NCBI GenBank assembly: GCA_965287045.1 | Contig: OZ336877.1 | Location: 63,612,001-63,676,000 of the forward strand | Direction of reading: 5' to 3' | Length of the DNA: 64,000 nucleotides | Source of the DNA: Carcharhinus amblyrhynchos | Taxonomy: Eukaryota | Part shown: positions 38,672 to 51,600 of the stretch, in pieces | Numbering within the stretch: the first letter of the stretch is position 1 | Layout of the letters: every line of letters begins with the position of its first letter | Position numbers and translations under genes: made by a program | The notes under the pieces: model-generated | Seen by the model: only the letters and a program-made list of their open reading frames with translations | Database searches by the model: none | What the model was told of the DNA's origin: nothing

Positions 38672-38948
38672 TTTTTTTTATTCATCTGTAGGACATGGGT
38701 GTTGCTGGCTGGCCAGCATTTACTGCCCATCCCTAGTTGCCCTTGAGAAAGTGGTGGTGAACTGCCTTCTTGAAATGCAGCAGTCCAGGTGCTGTGGGTT
38801 GACCCACAATGTCATTAGAGAGGAAATTCCTAGATTTTGACCCAGTGACTGCAAAGGAATGGTGATATATTTCCAAGTCAGGATGGTTAGTGATTGGAGG
38901 GAAACTTGCAGGTGGTGGTGTTCCCATGTATCTGTTGCCCTTGTCCTT
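38672..38948 (-). mobile_element. LINE (CR1/L2 group) 3' end
   Basis: Common shark LINE end ttattcat...gctggccagcatttactgcccatccctagttgcccttgag; TILTWKY peptide on the minus strand. Confidence 0.75.
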
Positions 38949-38964
38949 GTCCTCCTTGCGTCAG

Positions 38965-39484
38965 TTCATTTCCTAAACATTAATGCCAGTCTCTTCCTGC
39001 TTGAGATAAATCAACACCACTTCAACTTTTGATTCCTTAAACCTTTTTAAATTGAAATTGTAGAGTGAGACAGGTCACGATAGAATGATGAAGATATTAG
39101 GTTAGACAAATAATTTGGAATATCTGCAGGATCCCTCTAAATCATTGTGTTTACATCCCCCTACGGCCTTACTCCTTTCTAACCCCCTAACCTGCTCCAA
39201 CTCTACCTTCCTATTCCATAATCTACAGCCATCCTAACGGTCTCTTCCTTATATCTCGTCCTTACCATGGCAGCTATGCCTTCACCTGCTAGGTTCCAGT
39301 TTTTGGAGGTTCACCCTTAATATCCCTCAATCTCCTTTTACATTCTACTTAAAACTTACCTCAGTGAAGTTCTTTTGGTCATGCCTGCTAACTTTGTTTT
39401 AGCATCAATCTTTCTCTGCGAAAAACGTTTGGATCTTTTTCCACATTAAAGGTATTATGAAAAGGTAAGTTGTTGCTATTGTTG
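38965..39484 (+). mobile_element. Old L2-like 3' end, interrupted by a 100-bp inverted insertion
   Basis: Pyrimidine-rich L2-like ORF2 end with tail ...attaaaggtattat...aagttgttgctattgttg. Confidence 0.55.
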
Positions 39485-39713
39485 AAAGTAACTGTAAGTG
39501 TGAATAGGTCAGCTGACCCATCAAATCTGCTGCTCCTACAATCTAACCTGTCAAAATTCTACCACACTTCTTTAATCAATGGAGGGAAAGTTTTCTGTCA
39601 ATAGTTTTTGAACATTTAGAGGGATCCTGCAGATATTCCAAATTATTTGTCTAACCTAATATCTTCATCATTCTATCGTGACCTGTCTCACTCTACAATT
39701 TCAATTTAAAAAG
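39043..39713. repeat. Perfect 100-bp inverted repeat (39043-39142 / 39614-39713), 471-bp spacer
   Basis: Base-by-base comparison shows the arms are exact reverse complements, with mismatches immediately outside both ends. Confidence 0.95.
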
Positions 39714-40070
39714 CATGATTCCACTCCAGCTTCCATGGCTGAAAAGTACTGTGGCCTCAATTTATGCACATGCTTGGAACTATGGAGCACCCATCAATGA
39801 GACCCTACTACCACTGGAACCTGTTGTAAGGCTTCCAGCTAAATCCTGGTGGCCATTCACAATGAAATAAGCCACCCTGATGAGGGCAAAATGTTGGCAC
39901 AGGTGGAAAGTAGTTTCTAAATGTCCACTGAAGTAACTCTGGCTGCCCAGAGGATGGCCATGCCACCATTTTTTCTGATCTTGGTAATATGGTATGGTAA
40001 TGGGAAAATGTTAGGATTCTTTCCTTATGCTTCCCCTGGCATTTTGCCAGTTTTCCCACCTCCCAATTTG

Positions 40071-41290
40071 TCACAGAATCTCTACAGTGCAAAAGGAGGT
40101 CATTTGGCCCATTGAGTCTGCACCAACCACACTCCACCCAGGCTCCATTCCCATTACCCCACATATTTACCTTGCCAATCCCATTGACACTAGGGTCAAT
40201 TTAGCATGGCTAATCAGCCTAACCTACACATTGTTGGACTGTAGGAAGAAACCGGAGCAAACCCATGCAGACATAAGAACATAAGAAATAGGAGCAGGAG
40301 TAGGCCATCTAGCCCTTCGAGCCTGCCCCGCCATTCAACAAGATCATGGCTGATCTGAAATGGATCAGTTCCACTTTCCTGCTTTCTCCCTATAACCCTT
40401 AATTCCCTATAACCTATCTACCTGTGACTTAAATATATTTAGCGAGGTAGCCTCCACCACTTCAACGGGCAGAGAATTCCAGAGACTTACCACCCTTTGA
40501 GTGAAGAAGTTCCTCCTCAACTCCGATCTAAACTGCCACCCCCCTTATTTTGAGGCTGTGCCCTCTAGTTCTGCTATCCTTTCTAAGCGGGAAGAATCTC
40601 TCTACCTCTACCCTATCTAGCCCCTTCATTATCTTATATGTCTTTATAAGATCTCCCCTCAGCCTTCTAAACTCCTACGAGTACGACCCAGTCTATTCAA
40701 TCTCTCCTCATAGGCTAACCCCCTCATCTCCGGTATCAGCCTAGTGAACCTTCTCTGCACTCCCTCCAAGGCCAATATATCCTTCCGCAAATGCAGTGAC
40801 CAAAACTGCACACAGTACTCCAGCTGCGGCCTCACCAGTGCCCTGTACAGTTGCAGCAAGACCTCCCTACTTTTATATTCTATCCCCCTCGCTATAAAGG
40901 CCAACATTCCATTCGCCTTCTTGATCACCTGCTGCACCTGCAGACTGGGTTTTTGCATTCATTCACAAGGACCCCCAGGTCCCTCTGCACCGTAGCACGC
41001 TGCAACTTTTCTCCTTTTAAATAATAATCCCTCCTACTATTATTTCTACCAAAGTGGATAATCTCACATTTGCTAACATTATACTCCGTCTGCCAGGTCC
41101 TCGCCCACTCGCTCAGCCTATCCAGATCTCACTGCAGACTTTCCACACCCTCCACGCAATTTGCTTTTCCACTCATTTTTGTGTCATCAGCAAAGACATG
41201 GGGCAAATGTGCAAACTTGAGACAGACAGTCACCTGAGGCTGGAATTGAACCTGTGTCCCTGGCACAGTGCTAACCACTGTGTCACCGTG
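40071..41290 (-). mobile_element. HE1-type SINE split by a CR1 insertion (parts about 40071-40274 and 41194-41290)
   Basis: The SINE stops at acccatgcagacat and resumes at agacatggggcaaatgtgcaaact. Confidence 0.85.
40275..41193 (-). mobile_element. CR1 LINE 3' fragment (relatively young)
   Basis: ORF 40659..40958 reads QVQQVIKKANGMLAFIARGIEYKSREVLLQLYRALVRPQLEYCVQFWS; (acataaga)n tail; 6-bp duplication AGACAT. Confidence 0.92.
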
Positions 41291-41304
41291 TCCTCATGCC
41301 CATC

Positions 41305-41697
41305 AATGGGCTGGGAAATTTCAGCCCTAGGACTTAAGCACAAGAATCGGAGCTGACTCTGCGGTGTAATACTGAGTAAGTGCTGTTCCCACAGAGGTGC
41401 AGTCTTTCAGTTCAGCCACAGCAGAGGTCCATCTGCCTTCCTGGGTGAACATTAAATATCCCATGGCATTAGTTCAAAGTCAGAGAGGGGAATTATCCCC
41501 AGTAATATTTATCCCCAGTCAACATCACAAAAGCAGATTAACTGGTCCTTAGCACATTGCTGGTTATGGGATTTTTCTGCATCTAAATTGGTTGCCATGT
41601 TTTGCTACATTATTTCAGTGCTAACATTTCAGAAATATCCATTGGCTGTAATGGCTTTAAGACATCCAGTAGTTATGAAATGCAAGTCTTTCTTTTT
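41305..41697 (+). mobile_element. DeuSINE/SacSINE1-like SINE
   Basis: Deu-domain-like core (atcccatggca...atatttatcccc..caacatcacaaaa.cagatt) and tail aaatgcaagtctttctttt. Confidence 0.72.
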
Positions 41698-44147
41698 ATT
41701 GAAACTTTGCACAAAATGAGAGTCTTTCCACTCTCTTTGATTTTAACGTAGCACCGTGCTTTTTTTTAACTGTGTACCTCCTCCCAGGTCACAGATTTTT
41801 AGTCCTTTCACAAAATCTTCCTTCATTATCAGAAAATCTCAGAGAAGAATCTAGGGCCGGAGTTTGCAGTCCCAATGCAAAGCCGAGGCGCATCAGGCAG
41901 ACTTTAACAATGGTGGCAGGAGCCATATTTCCTTCTCTAACTTTTTTGGCACCCGCAATGTTTATCAGCGCAGGAAAGGAGGGAGGGGGGTAGGGCAGTC
42001 AGAAGCTCTCACGTTGCTGTCTCAGTGTTTCTGGAACCATTGTGCACGTGATCATTTTGGAACTTCCACAATTTTGATGAAGACAAACAAGTTTTGTTAG
42101 GCAATAAAAATCACTCCAGAGTTAGCCTGAACTATGGGTGAACCATGGTTTGGTAGCAGGAATCATATGAAGGGCCAGTGAAAATGGTATTGCCTATTTC
42201 ACAGATCATTATGAAATGTTGTAGATCGCCTACTTTTAAGGTGATTGATTACAGGCGTAATTGGAAAATGCAAGTGACCATTATTAATGTAGTTGCCAGG
42301 TTGTTATTTCTAACAACTGGAAAACTGTCAAGTGAAAGAACAGCATTGTGAAAGTGGAAACGTTTTCAGATACATTATCCATTAGATATTGTGAATTTCT
42401 GCACTGTACAATATTGAAAGACTTGCCCAGTTTGAAATCCAGAACTGATTGTCACATTGCTTTCATTTTTCCCATGGAGTTCAACTTCGCCATCTGTTTG
42501 GCTGTTTCAAAACTTTGACAAATGTCTGAGGCACTTACTGTCTTTAAAGGCTCTAATGAATTTTTCACCATAGTGTTTGTTTAGACATTTGTTTGGGGGA
42601 ATGTTAGTTTTATGTCTTTGTTTCTTTTCTAATCACTAATAGATTCTGCTCAGCAAATTTTGTTTATACAGCTATCTAAGAGAATGCAAATTTAGGTATT
42701 TAAGATTATGAGCTTCTGAAGATGATTTTTTAAAAGTGGTTATCAAGTCTTCTTTGTTTATTTTGATGAATCTGAACTTCTGAAAAGTATAAGTTTTTGA
42801 TAGCTTTCTAAATTATGCGTGTTTATTTTGACAGATTTATGATCTTTTCAAAGACTTTCAAATGGTATGATAAGACTTGTGAGATCTGCTTGTAGTAGGT
42901 TGAGCAGCATGAGATGGGGTAGTGGGTGAGGAGTATAGGGGTGAGTGGAGGGTAAGGGTTGAGGAGATAGGACGTTGTTGGGATAGGCGAAGGGGGGTGG
43001 AGTTTTGCACTGATCTGCAGAACTGGACTGATGACTGCAAATGCAAGCAGCTCTTTTAACCTGACCGTCTAAGCTCCTGGTTGCCTATGTCTCAGCTAGC
43101 TTCAGGTTCGACTCCTGGCCGCCCCTGGCCTGCTGGATGAAAACCCCACCTGATGGCACTGCAGGGTAAGATAGCCAGTTCAGAAAATGTCCTGACTTCT
43201 GATTCCCACCTCAAACATGAAACTCTGGCCCTCAGCTCCAGGTCTGTATCTCTTCTATTCATTTGAATGCCCATGGCCTTCAGTTTAAAGTTAATATATT
43301 TATGTCACAAGTAATCTTATATTAACTCTGCAATTAAGTAGATTTACTTCTTTTTCTACCAATTTATAACTCATGCAAACAAACGTGGGAGAAAAAAGAG
43401 TTCTTACAAAAAATGAATCAAATAGCTACTTTACATTTATCGGGACCCTTGAAAACTGTCCTGTTCTCTGGGAGTTCTGCATAATTGTGGTTTCCTTGGG
43501 GTTGGGTTGCTCCCAGGTTGTTGGGGAAACACAATTCTTATTATTTTCCATGGAGAAGCGTGGATAAATTCCCTGTCAGTAGCATAAACGGAGCAGTATA
43601 GCAACAAGGAAGAGACAGGCCAAGCACTTCCATACTGGTGAGAAAATAAATATTGTCCTAGGGCTAATATTCGTTTTTTAAAAGAAAAGCTGTGTGTTTA
43701 AATAGTCTACTTCAACATTCCTTCCCTTAAAGTCCCAGCGACAAGAGCGGTCTGTCTGCTTGTGATGTCGCAGCGACTGTGCTGATGAGAAAGGCGATGA
43801 ACTACACATACCTCATGATGGCTGACACGTTTGTTTTGATATTCCTACCAGTCGTAGCAAATCAAGCTGCAGCTTATCGTCACTTTCCATCCATTGTTAA
43901 GAAAAAAATAGCAACCCCTTTTTCCCAATTCAAAGGAATGTTACGAAAAAGCTTTCCAACCTGTTTTGACTGATAGCATTCTTGTTTTGCAATGACAGTG
44001 CAGTCTTCCATCAGTGAATTACAATGAGATGTCCCTGTTTAGATAATGTCAGGTATTGCAATAAATAATATTTCATATCTTCCAGTGATTTTATTTACCC
44101 TCTCAAGTTCATGAAATATTTGCTGGGAGAATACTTTTGGCAATTAA

Positions 44148-44560
44148 TCATAGAATTTGATTACTATATAGCACCATTTGACCCATCATGGCTGTGCCAG
44201 TGATGGCCTTTCGATTGGAACCGTTTCCTGTATTCTGAATTGCTTTGGCTATTTTTCTCTGTGTCCTTTTATATCCTTCCTTTTCAAAGCTATATTTGAT
44301 TCCCTTTTAAATGTAATGTCAGCCTCAATAGCCAGAAGTAATAAAGCTTTCTACCTTCAAATAACCATCTGTGTAAGAAAGAAATCTTTCTACTTCCTCT
44401 TTCATTCTTGCAGTGATAATACTGAGGTTAGATCTCTTTGTTACTGATTTGTCAACCAGTGGAGACAATCTTTCACCATTGATCCTCTCGAAAACTCTAT
44501 TAGATCCCACTCTTAACTTTTCTGCTCCAGTAAAAAAAACACCCAAGTCTTTGACCTTTT
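44148..44560 (-). mobile_element. Old CR1 3' end
   Basis: atcatagaa tail start followed by decayed CR1 3'UTR/ORF2. Confidence 0.55.
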
Positions 44561-47500
44561 CTTTCTGACCCTTATCTATTGATTCTTGGTAGCTTTTACT
44601 GAATTCCAAATACTGTACAGTTTATAGTTGTTTTCTTTACCATTATTGGTGCCATATTCAGGATTCAACTTCAAAAAATAGAAAATATATATTGCCGCAG
44701 CTGGCATGGCACAAAATGCCATGATGGATTTTTGAACCCCCCCACCTCCCCCAACCCCAATTATTATGGTTCTAGTCCAAACTGAATCAGAACTGTCATA
44801 TAGTTACTTCACCATACAAAATAAATACAAAAGCTTCAAATTCTCTCAACATACTAAGCCGAGGTGCAGTATGTATAATGTGGAGTTAATGTTGGTGAAT
44901 AAAACTTTTTTTTTATAATGGTTCAAAAGGCACCATTATATAAAAACAGGGCTAAATGTTTTGTTATTTTACTGTATTATGATTTATATAGCTTATGCTA
45001 TATTTGTAATCTCTTCTGACATTGCATTTGAAAGATATCAAGGGGGACTGTCAGGGTCGGTAGAGAGAAACTATTTGTTAGTTGGGGATCAGTCGATGCT
45101 AAATTGGATAGTCTCTGAGAGCAGGCATAGAGACTTTGACAGATGATGAATCAATGCCCTTTTAATATAATTTAAACAAAATTGCACCTTCATACAGTCC
45201 GCTTATTCACATGATCTCTGTGCCTGACCAATGCTAAATGCGCTGTTGATAGGCTACATGCATATATGGAGGCCCAAATATGATACAGTAAGTCCCAGTT
45301 TTAAGTTGTCTTGTTTTAAGTCATTCCGTTTTAATGCCATTTGGTTAGTAGGGCCCATATTCACTTTTAGCATTGGGAGTTTTATTTTAATGTAATTCTG
45401 TACAGGTATGATGTAGAATCACGTGGCCTGATCAGCATCCTTTCTTCCTGCTGACCTTTCTGGTCGCTGCTGAACTTCCACTTTTCCAACGCTTCCTCTT
45501 GATAACCCTCTTGATTATTTGTTTCTGACCTCCTGCTCCCTGACCTTCCCTTTTGTCAATCCTCTGTGTTGGAAATTTTCCACTGTTCTTCTGTCCTCTT
45601 ATCCACTAACAAATGTTCCTGGTTTACAGTGGATAGTTTCTGACTCATTGCATTGAAGTCAACCTTACCTAAATCTAGAATCTAAGTAGTAGTTTCACAT
45701 TTCTCCCTTTCAACTCTATTACAGCATGATGACTATCATTCGGCTTTTAACTAAATCTGCCTCATTTTATCAGTAAACTTGGGCTGAATTGTTATGATGG
45801 ACTTCATTTTCTTTATGATAAATGAGTTTGGACATCGATGTATGTTTATACTTTTAGAAATATTTGAACTGTGGAAAGGTATTGAAAACACAGTCAGATT
45901 CAAAGTTCACATCACTTAACAATCGCACTTCTCAGTTTTTAAAAATCTTCTTTCTGATGTCAGTGATACTGTAACAAAGACCACATGATTAGTTTCTCTG
46001 GTTAACATTTAAAATACACATCTCCGCTCCTTTGGCCATCTTAGAAATGGTTGCTCTCTTTTTTGGTGAATTATGAGGAATAGTTTGCAGTCACCTATCT
46101 CCAATTGAGAAGGTGGGGGTGAGTGTCCACCGACAGCCACCAACCCTCCCTCCCCTTCTCCTCTGTGACCGCCACACCACGACCCCTTTCCACCCTCATT
46201 CATTTGAGGGGTCCGGGATCCAATGGTGACACTAGGCCTCAGATGGTTGTCCTACTGGCAGTAGCTATCAGCTCCCCCATGACATTGCCGTTCCATAGAG
46301 CCTCTGGCTTCTAATTAACCAGCAGCCCTCAGTGAGCGAAACTTCCACTCCTCAAGTCCTTAATCCCGGGGGAGGACTCTTGCTGTCCAATGAATGTGAA
46401 TGTAGGACTGTGGTCAGCTCTGAAACTGGCAGCTGGGATCCTGCCGTCTCCATTAAATATCTCCCGTTGTTGTGTAATACTTTCTCAGACACATTAAGAA
46501 AAATTCACGATCTTTCCAATGTTTTGACTCTCCTTAGTAAGGAGTTAAAATTCCCTGTGAAAACCACTGTCCTGTTGCTTCATACTTGTCTAGTCTCTGC
46601 ATTTATACAAACTACCACTTTACAGCTGCCACAAAAGGTAAGATACAGAACTCTCACCTTAGTCTATTTCTAGAGAGCTCATTGTCTACCAACCTCTAGT
46701 TATAGTTATCATTTAAATGGTTCTTACCCTCAAGCACCAAGTATAATCTGCCTCTCTACCATTTTTCCTGTTGTCACTGTAGTTCTCAAAACTTGATTTA
46801 TTTAGTTTCCTGACCTGACTGCCTTGTAATCATCTCAGTGATGGATACCACATCATTGTTGCATTGGCCCTTGTAATTCATTCAATTTATCTGTATGCTC
46901 CATGGATTTCTACAAGGACTTTTATTTAAGATTGGGTCATACACCCTCATCTGTTCTTCTGCTTTAATGTTTTAGTCACAAAACATGAACTCAATGGGCC
47001 AAATGGCCTATGGCATATTTATTATTTCTCTCCCCTGGTTTAAGCATTTTAATTTTCTCTTTATTTGTAGTGCCTGAAGTACAATTTCTGACTGTTACTC
47101 TGCTCTCTTATCCTTTGTTTGTTTTTGAAAGATTATTAATGTGATATTTTTCCATCTTGGCCTCTGTTTACTCTATTAAATTGTTGCGACTGACCTATTT
47201 ATCTTCCCAGCTCTACCAGTCTTGTTCACCTGAAGGCCTTTCCAATGGTGCCATTTTTTTCTGCTCTTGCTTATGGTGCCAGTGTCCTATAAAATGGAAC
47301 CTTTCTTCCCAAATCATTCCTTCAAGCACATTTTCTACTTAACTCTACACCAATTTGCATGTGAAACGGAAAGTAATCCAGCAGTTAAAGCCCTTGATCT
47401 CCTATTCTTTAATTTATCTTCTAGTTCTTGGTGCTTACCAAACAGGATCACTTGTCTACTCTTCCCTGTGTTATTGGTCCCAACATGGATCACAGTGATG

Positions 47501-48235
47501 GATACTCCTCTTTCCTTTCTCGTATTTTTTCAAGCAGATTTTAAGTGTCCCTCACCAAGTCATGAGATGGGCTCACACCATGAGGGATACTCTGTCCCCC
47601 TAACCAAAGATGCCATCTGCTCCATCCCAAATAATTGAATCCCCTAGAACTACTACATTACACTGCTCCTAGTCTTCCTTCTTCCATCTTTGAACAACTT
47701 CCTGCTCCAATATGCCACGGTTTGTGTTCTGGCTGTCCTTCTGACAGTCTTTATCCTCATGCACACAGATAGCAAGTATGTTGTTCCTGTTGAATAAGAA
47801 CTGGATTTTATGGGTTCTCATTCTCAAACTCAAACTCACCTGGGTTCCCCTGTTTTGCATACTATCAGCTACGTGAACCCCATTCTGAATAATGACTCTC
47901 AGCATGGTTTGACTGAAACCGAGGGAAAACTTCAGTCCTGCTCCCTTCGCCTTATGTCCTTGAATGCCTCCAGTGCACCATGCAGCCTATTGTGTTCTTT
48001 TTTGGCTACTTTGCTTTAACAAAGGCTTTGATGCATGAGAGAGGATTCGGACAAGTGTCATAGAATGATTCTGAGTTGTGGTAAATACTTGCAAAACTAA
48101 ACCTCATTGCATTGGAGAAAAGGAGAAGGAGTGAGGGGAGGAGGGAGGGTAGGAGACTGAGGGCAGTCTCATATCTGGGACTAAGTCCTGTGGTGAGGGC
48201 AATATCAGGGAGTGTTTCCTGCAGGGAGGCCTGTG

Positions 48236-48545
48236 AGAAATCGTAGAATCCTACAGTGCAGAAGGAGGCCATTCGGCCCATCAAGTCTGCACCAACCACA
48301 ATCCCACCCAGGCCCTATCCCCATAACCCCATGCATTTACCCTAGCTAGTCCCCTGGCACGAAGGGGCAATTTAGCATGGCCAATCCACCTAACCTGCAC
48401 ATCTCGGGAGGAAATCGGAGCACCCAGAGGAAACTCACACAGACACAGGGAAAATATGCAAACTCTGTACAGGCAGTGACGCAAGCTGGGCTTCAAACCA
48501 GGGACGCTAGCGCTGTGAGGTGGCAGTGCTAACCACTGTGCCGCC
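48236..48545 (-). mobile_element. HE1-type V-SINE, near full length
   Basis: Reverse complement of the 49167 copy, with a small internal deletion. Confidence 0.92.
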
Positions 48546-49166
48546 TCAATCATGCCATATCTTCCAGCCCCAACCTTGTCAATTATGCACCTTAAATCCA
48601 CCACCCGCCAGCAAGGCCATGGGAGAATTTCACCCATATGATAGGATTTTCAATGGATTTTTTCTGAGAGTCAACTCCGTAACAGGATTTTAATATGCAA
48701 CCACTAAATGGGCCAAAGACGAGTTCAGTGCACAATTATTATTGGTGTGAGTATTGCCTTGAGGCTGAGCTTGGCTCCTGAGGGTGAATCTCAAAAGCAG
48801 ATGACAGCCATGACTGGGCTGGAGTGGCAGGCGACCAGAGGGCCAGTGAATCGTAAGGTACAAGATCTGCTCTGCTCAAGTGACGGCAACCTGTGCCAAT
48901 GTTTGAGCACCTGAGTTAGAATTTCCCCTTCTTTTCAAAGTTTTGCATCAACAGCAACAACAATGCTTCCAACAAATGTGCCCCAGATCATTCACTGTTC
49001 CCAGTCTTGGATTAAGATTTTCCTTCGGTCCATCTCCAGACAGTTAACATGCTGTTCAAGGAGTTATCCGACAGCTAATTGGAGACACTGAGTTGCCAGA
49101 TTCCTCTCCAGCCTTCCCACACTTTGAAAATTGCAGCGTACTCTGGAGGTGTTGGAAGAGTGACAT

Positions 49167-49512
49167 GGGGCGGCATGGTAGCACAGTGGTTAGCACTGCT
49201 GCTTCATAGCTTCAGGATCCTGGGTTCGATCCCCGGCTTGGGTCACTGTCTGTGTGGAGTTTGCACATTCTCCTTGTGTCTGTGTGGGTTTCCTCTGGGT
49301 GCGCCAGTTTCCTCCCGTAGTCCAAAGATGTGCGGGTTAGGTTGATTGGCCATGCTAAAATTGACCCTTTGTATCCTGGGGTGCATAGGTTAGAGGGATT
49401 AGTGGGTAAATATTTAGGGATATGAGGGTAGGGCTCGGGTGGGATTGTGATCAGTGCAGACTCAATGGGCCAAATGGCCTCTTCTATACTGTAGGGTTTC
49501 TATGATTCTATG
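49167..49512 (+). mobile_element. HE1-type V-SINE, full length
   Basis: tRNA head with A box (tagcacagtgg) and B box (ggttcgatccc), V-domain, and CR1-type tail (ttctatga)n. Confidence 0.93.
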
Positions 49513-49857
49513 TTTCCCAAGAACTCTATTTTCAAATTGTGCCCACACCCAATCTCACCCTGAAACCAGGTCATGAAAGGCACAGATGAAGCAAATACAA
49601 GCAACTTGTTTGATTTGGCCTGTGACATTGGGTTAAAGAACAAAGCTTCAAAATCAGCAAACTTCAATTGAGGTTTTAAAATAAAAGTACATTTTTCCTC
49701 TCAGATTCATGCATATGTGGAATACTGGAGTAGGTGGCTAGGCTGTTGAGAGGATAGGAGGTCCTCGTCCTCGGACTCACACAGACATTCCCTCTCGCAC
49801 TATGGCTTGTTTTTATTTTACTTATTTTTACTTAACAATTTATTGCTATGACGGTCA

Positions 49858-50415
49858 AACCCCATTTGGAGTATTGTTAATAGTTTTGGGCCTCATAGCT
49901 AAGGAAGGATATGTTGGCCTTAGAAAGGGCCCAGAGCAGGTTCACAAGAATGATCCCTGGAATGAAGAGCGTGTCATATGAGGAATGGTTGAGGACTCTG
50001 GGTCTGTACTCGTTGGAGTTTAGAATGATGAGAGGTGATCTTATTGAAACTTACAGGATACTGCGAGGCCTGGATAGAGTGGACGTGGAGAGGATGTTTC
50101 CACTGATAGGAAAAACTTGAGCCACAGGGCACAATTTCAGGCTGAAGGGACGATCCTTTAAAATAGAGATGAGGGGGAATTTTTTCAGCCGGTGAGTGGT
50201 GAATTGTGGAATGTTTTGCCGCAGAAGACTGTGGAGGCCAAGTCATTGAGTGTCTTTAAGACAGAGATAGGTAGGTTCTTGATTAATAAGGGGATCAAGG
50301 GTTATGGGGAAAAGGCAGGAGAATGGGGATAAGAAAAATATCAACCATGATTGAATGGTGGAGCAGACTCGATGGGCTGAGTGGGCTAATTTTGCTCTTA
50401 TGTCTTATGGTCTTA
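49858..50415 (+). mobile_element. CR1 LINE 3' end
   Basis: LALERAQSRFTRMIPGMKSVSYEEWLRTLGLYSLEFRMMRGDLIETYRIL; tail (tcttatgg)n. Confidence 0.92.
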
Positions 50416-50965
50416 CGATATTGCTGTACTTTTTGTCAGCAATTGTTTCTTTCCTAAAAACACCAACTTATTTTTTAAAATGTGGTTTATTGTTGTGCCA
50501 AATCTTACTCATCTTTTTGAAATAAGATATCGGCCCCGAGTGTGACAAGTATGCAAATGTAGCTCCCCCGCCACAAGCGAAAAGGTTGGACAAACTTGCT
50601 TCAGCCTGTTCAAAAGTCCCCGCCCCCACCCCTGCTCTTATTCGATGTTAAACTTGGGCCCAAGTTAACACTTTAGCTCATTTTAAAGGGAAATGCCTTC
50701 CTATCAGTGATTTTTATGTTCCTATGCACTTCAATGGAATGGAGAATTTGATTAATGCATTCCAGAAAATGGCTGAAAACATCCTGGCCAAAGAAGCACC
50801 CAGAGTATATAGTCAAGTCTAGAGAAAGTTTAGAAATTTCACCAGGTGATCAAGTTTGGACTGTCCACCACTAATTTGTTTGAAATAGTTGTGCAAATTA
50901 GGCACAAAACTTGCCAATAAACTATCTCTCTGTATCTTGAATGATTATCATGCATTCATATTAAA

Positions 50966-51259
50966 CATGATGTGGAGATGCCGCTGTTGGACTGGGGTAC
51001 ACACAGTAAGAAGTCTCATAACACCAGGTTAAAGTCCATCAGGTTTACTTGGTAGCAAAAGCCACTAGCTTTTGGAGTGCTGCTCCTTCATCAGGTAAGT
51101 GGGAGTTCTGTTCACAAACAGGGCATATAAAGACAGAAACTCCATTTACAAAATAATGGTTGGAATGCAAGTCTTTACAGGTAATCAAGTCTTAAAGGTA
51201 CAGTGAAATGTACAGTCTTAAATGTACACTCACATTGTCTGTACCGTTAAGACTTGATT
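50966..51259 (-). mobile_element. Penelope-like element end with a mutated minimal hammerhead (51062-51098) and an inverted 5' junction
   Basis: Same terminal sequence as the 12804 and 60738 copies. The minus strand reads TTAC-CTGATGA-A-GGAG-cagca-CTCC-AAAA-GCTA-GTGG. Inverted arms at about 51183-51203 / 51239-51259. Confidence 0.75.
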
Positions 51260-51284
51260 TGACCAGTTCTACCCACCACACCTT

Positions 51285-51600
51285 AGGAAAGGTTTGGAGT
51301 GCAACATAGATTTGCCAGAATGATACCAAGATTCCAAGGGTTAAATTACAAGAAGAGATTGTGCAAAGTAGTTATATTTCCTGAAATTTAGACAGTTAAT
51401 TAGTGATTTAATCAAAACTTTCAGGAAAACAGAGAGGGCAGATAGAGATGATTTCCATTTATTGGCAAGTCAAGATTAGGAGGCCTAGTCTAAAGTTTGG
51501 AGCCAGACCTTTCATGAGTAAAATTAGGAAATACTTCACCACACAAAAAGTAGTAGATGTTTGGAGCTTTTCGATGCAAATGGCAGTTGTTAATTTAAGT
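51285..51600 (+). mobile_element. Old CR1 ORF2 C-terminal fragment
   Basis: gagtgcaacatagatttgccagaatgatacca resembles RVQRRFTRMIP. Confidence 0.7.

Noticed and set aside
49167-49240. tRNA gene
   Set aside because: The A/B boxes belong to the SINE head and continue into the V-domain; no complete cloverleaf.
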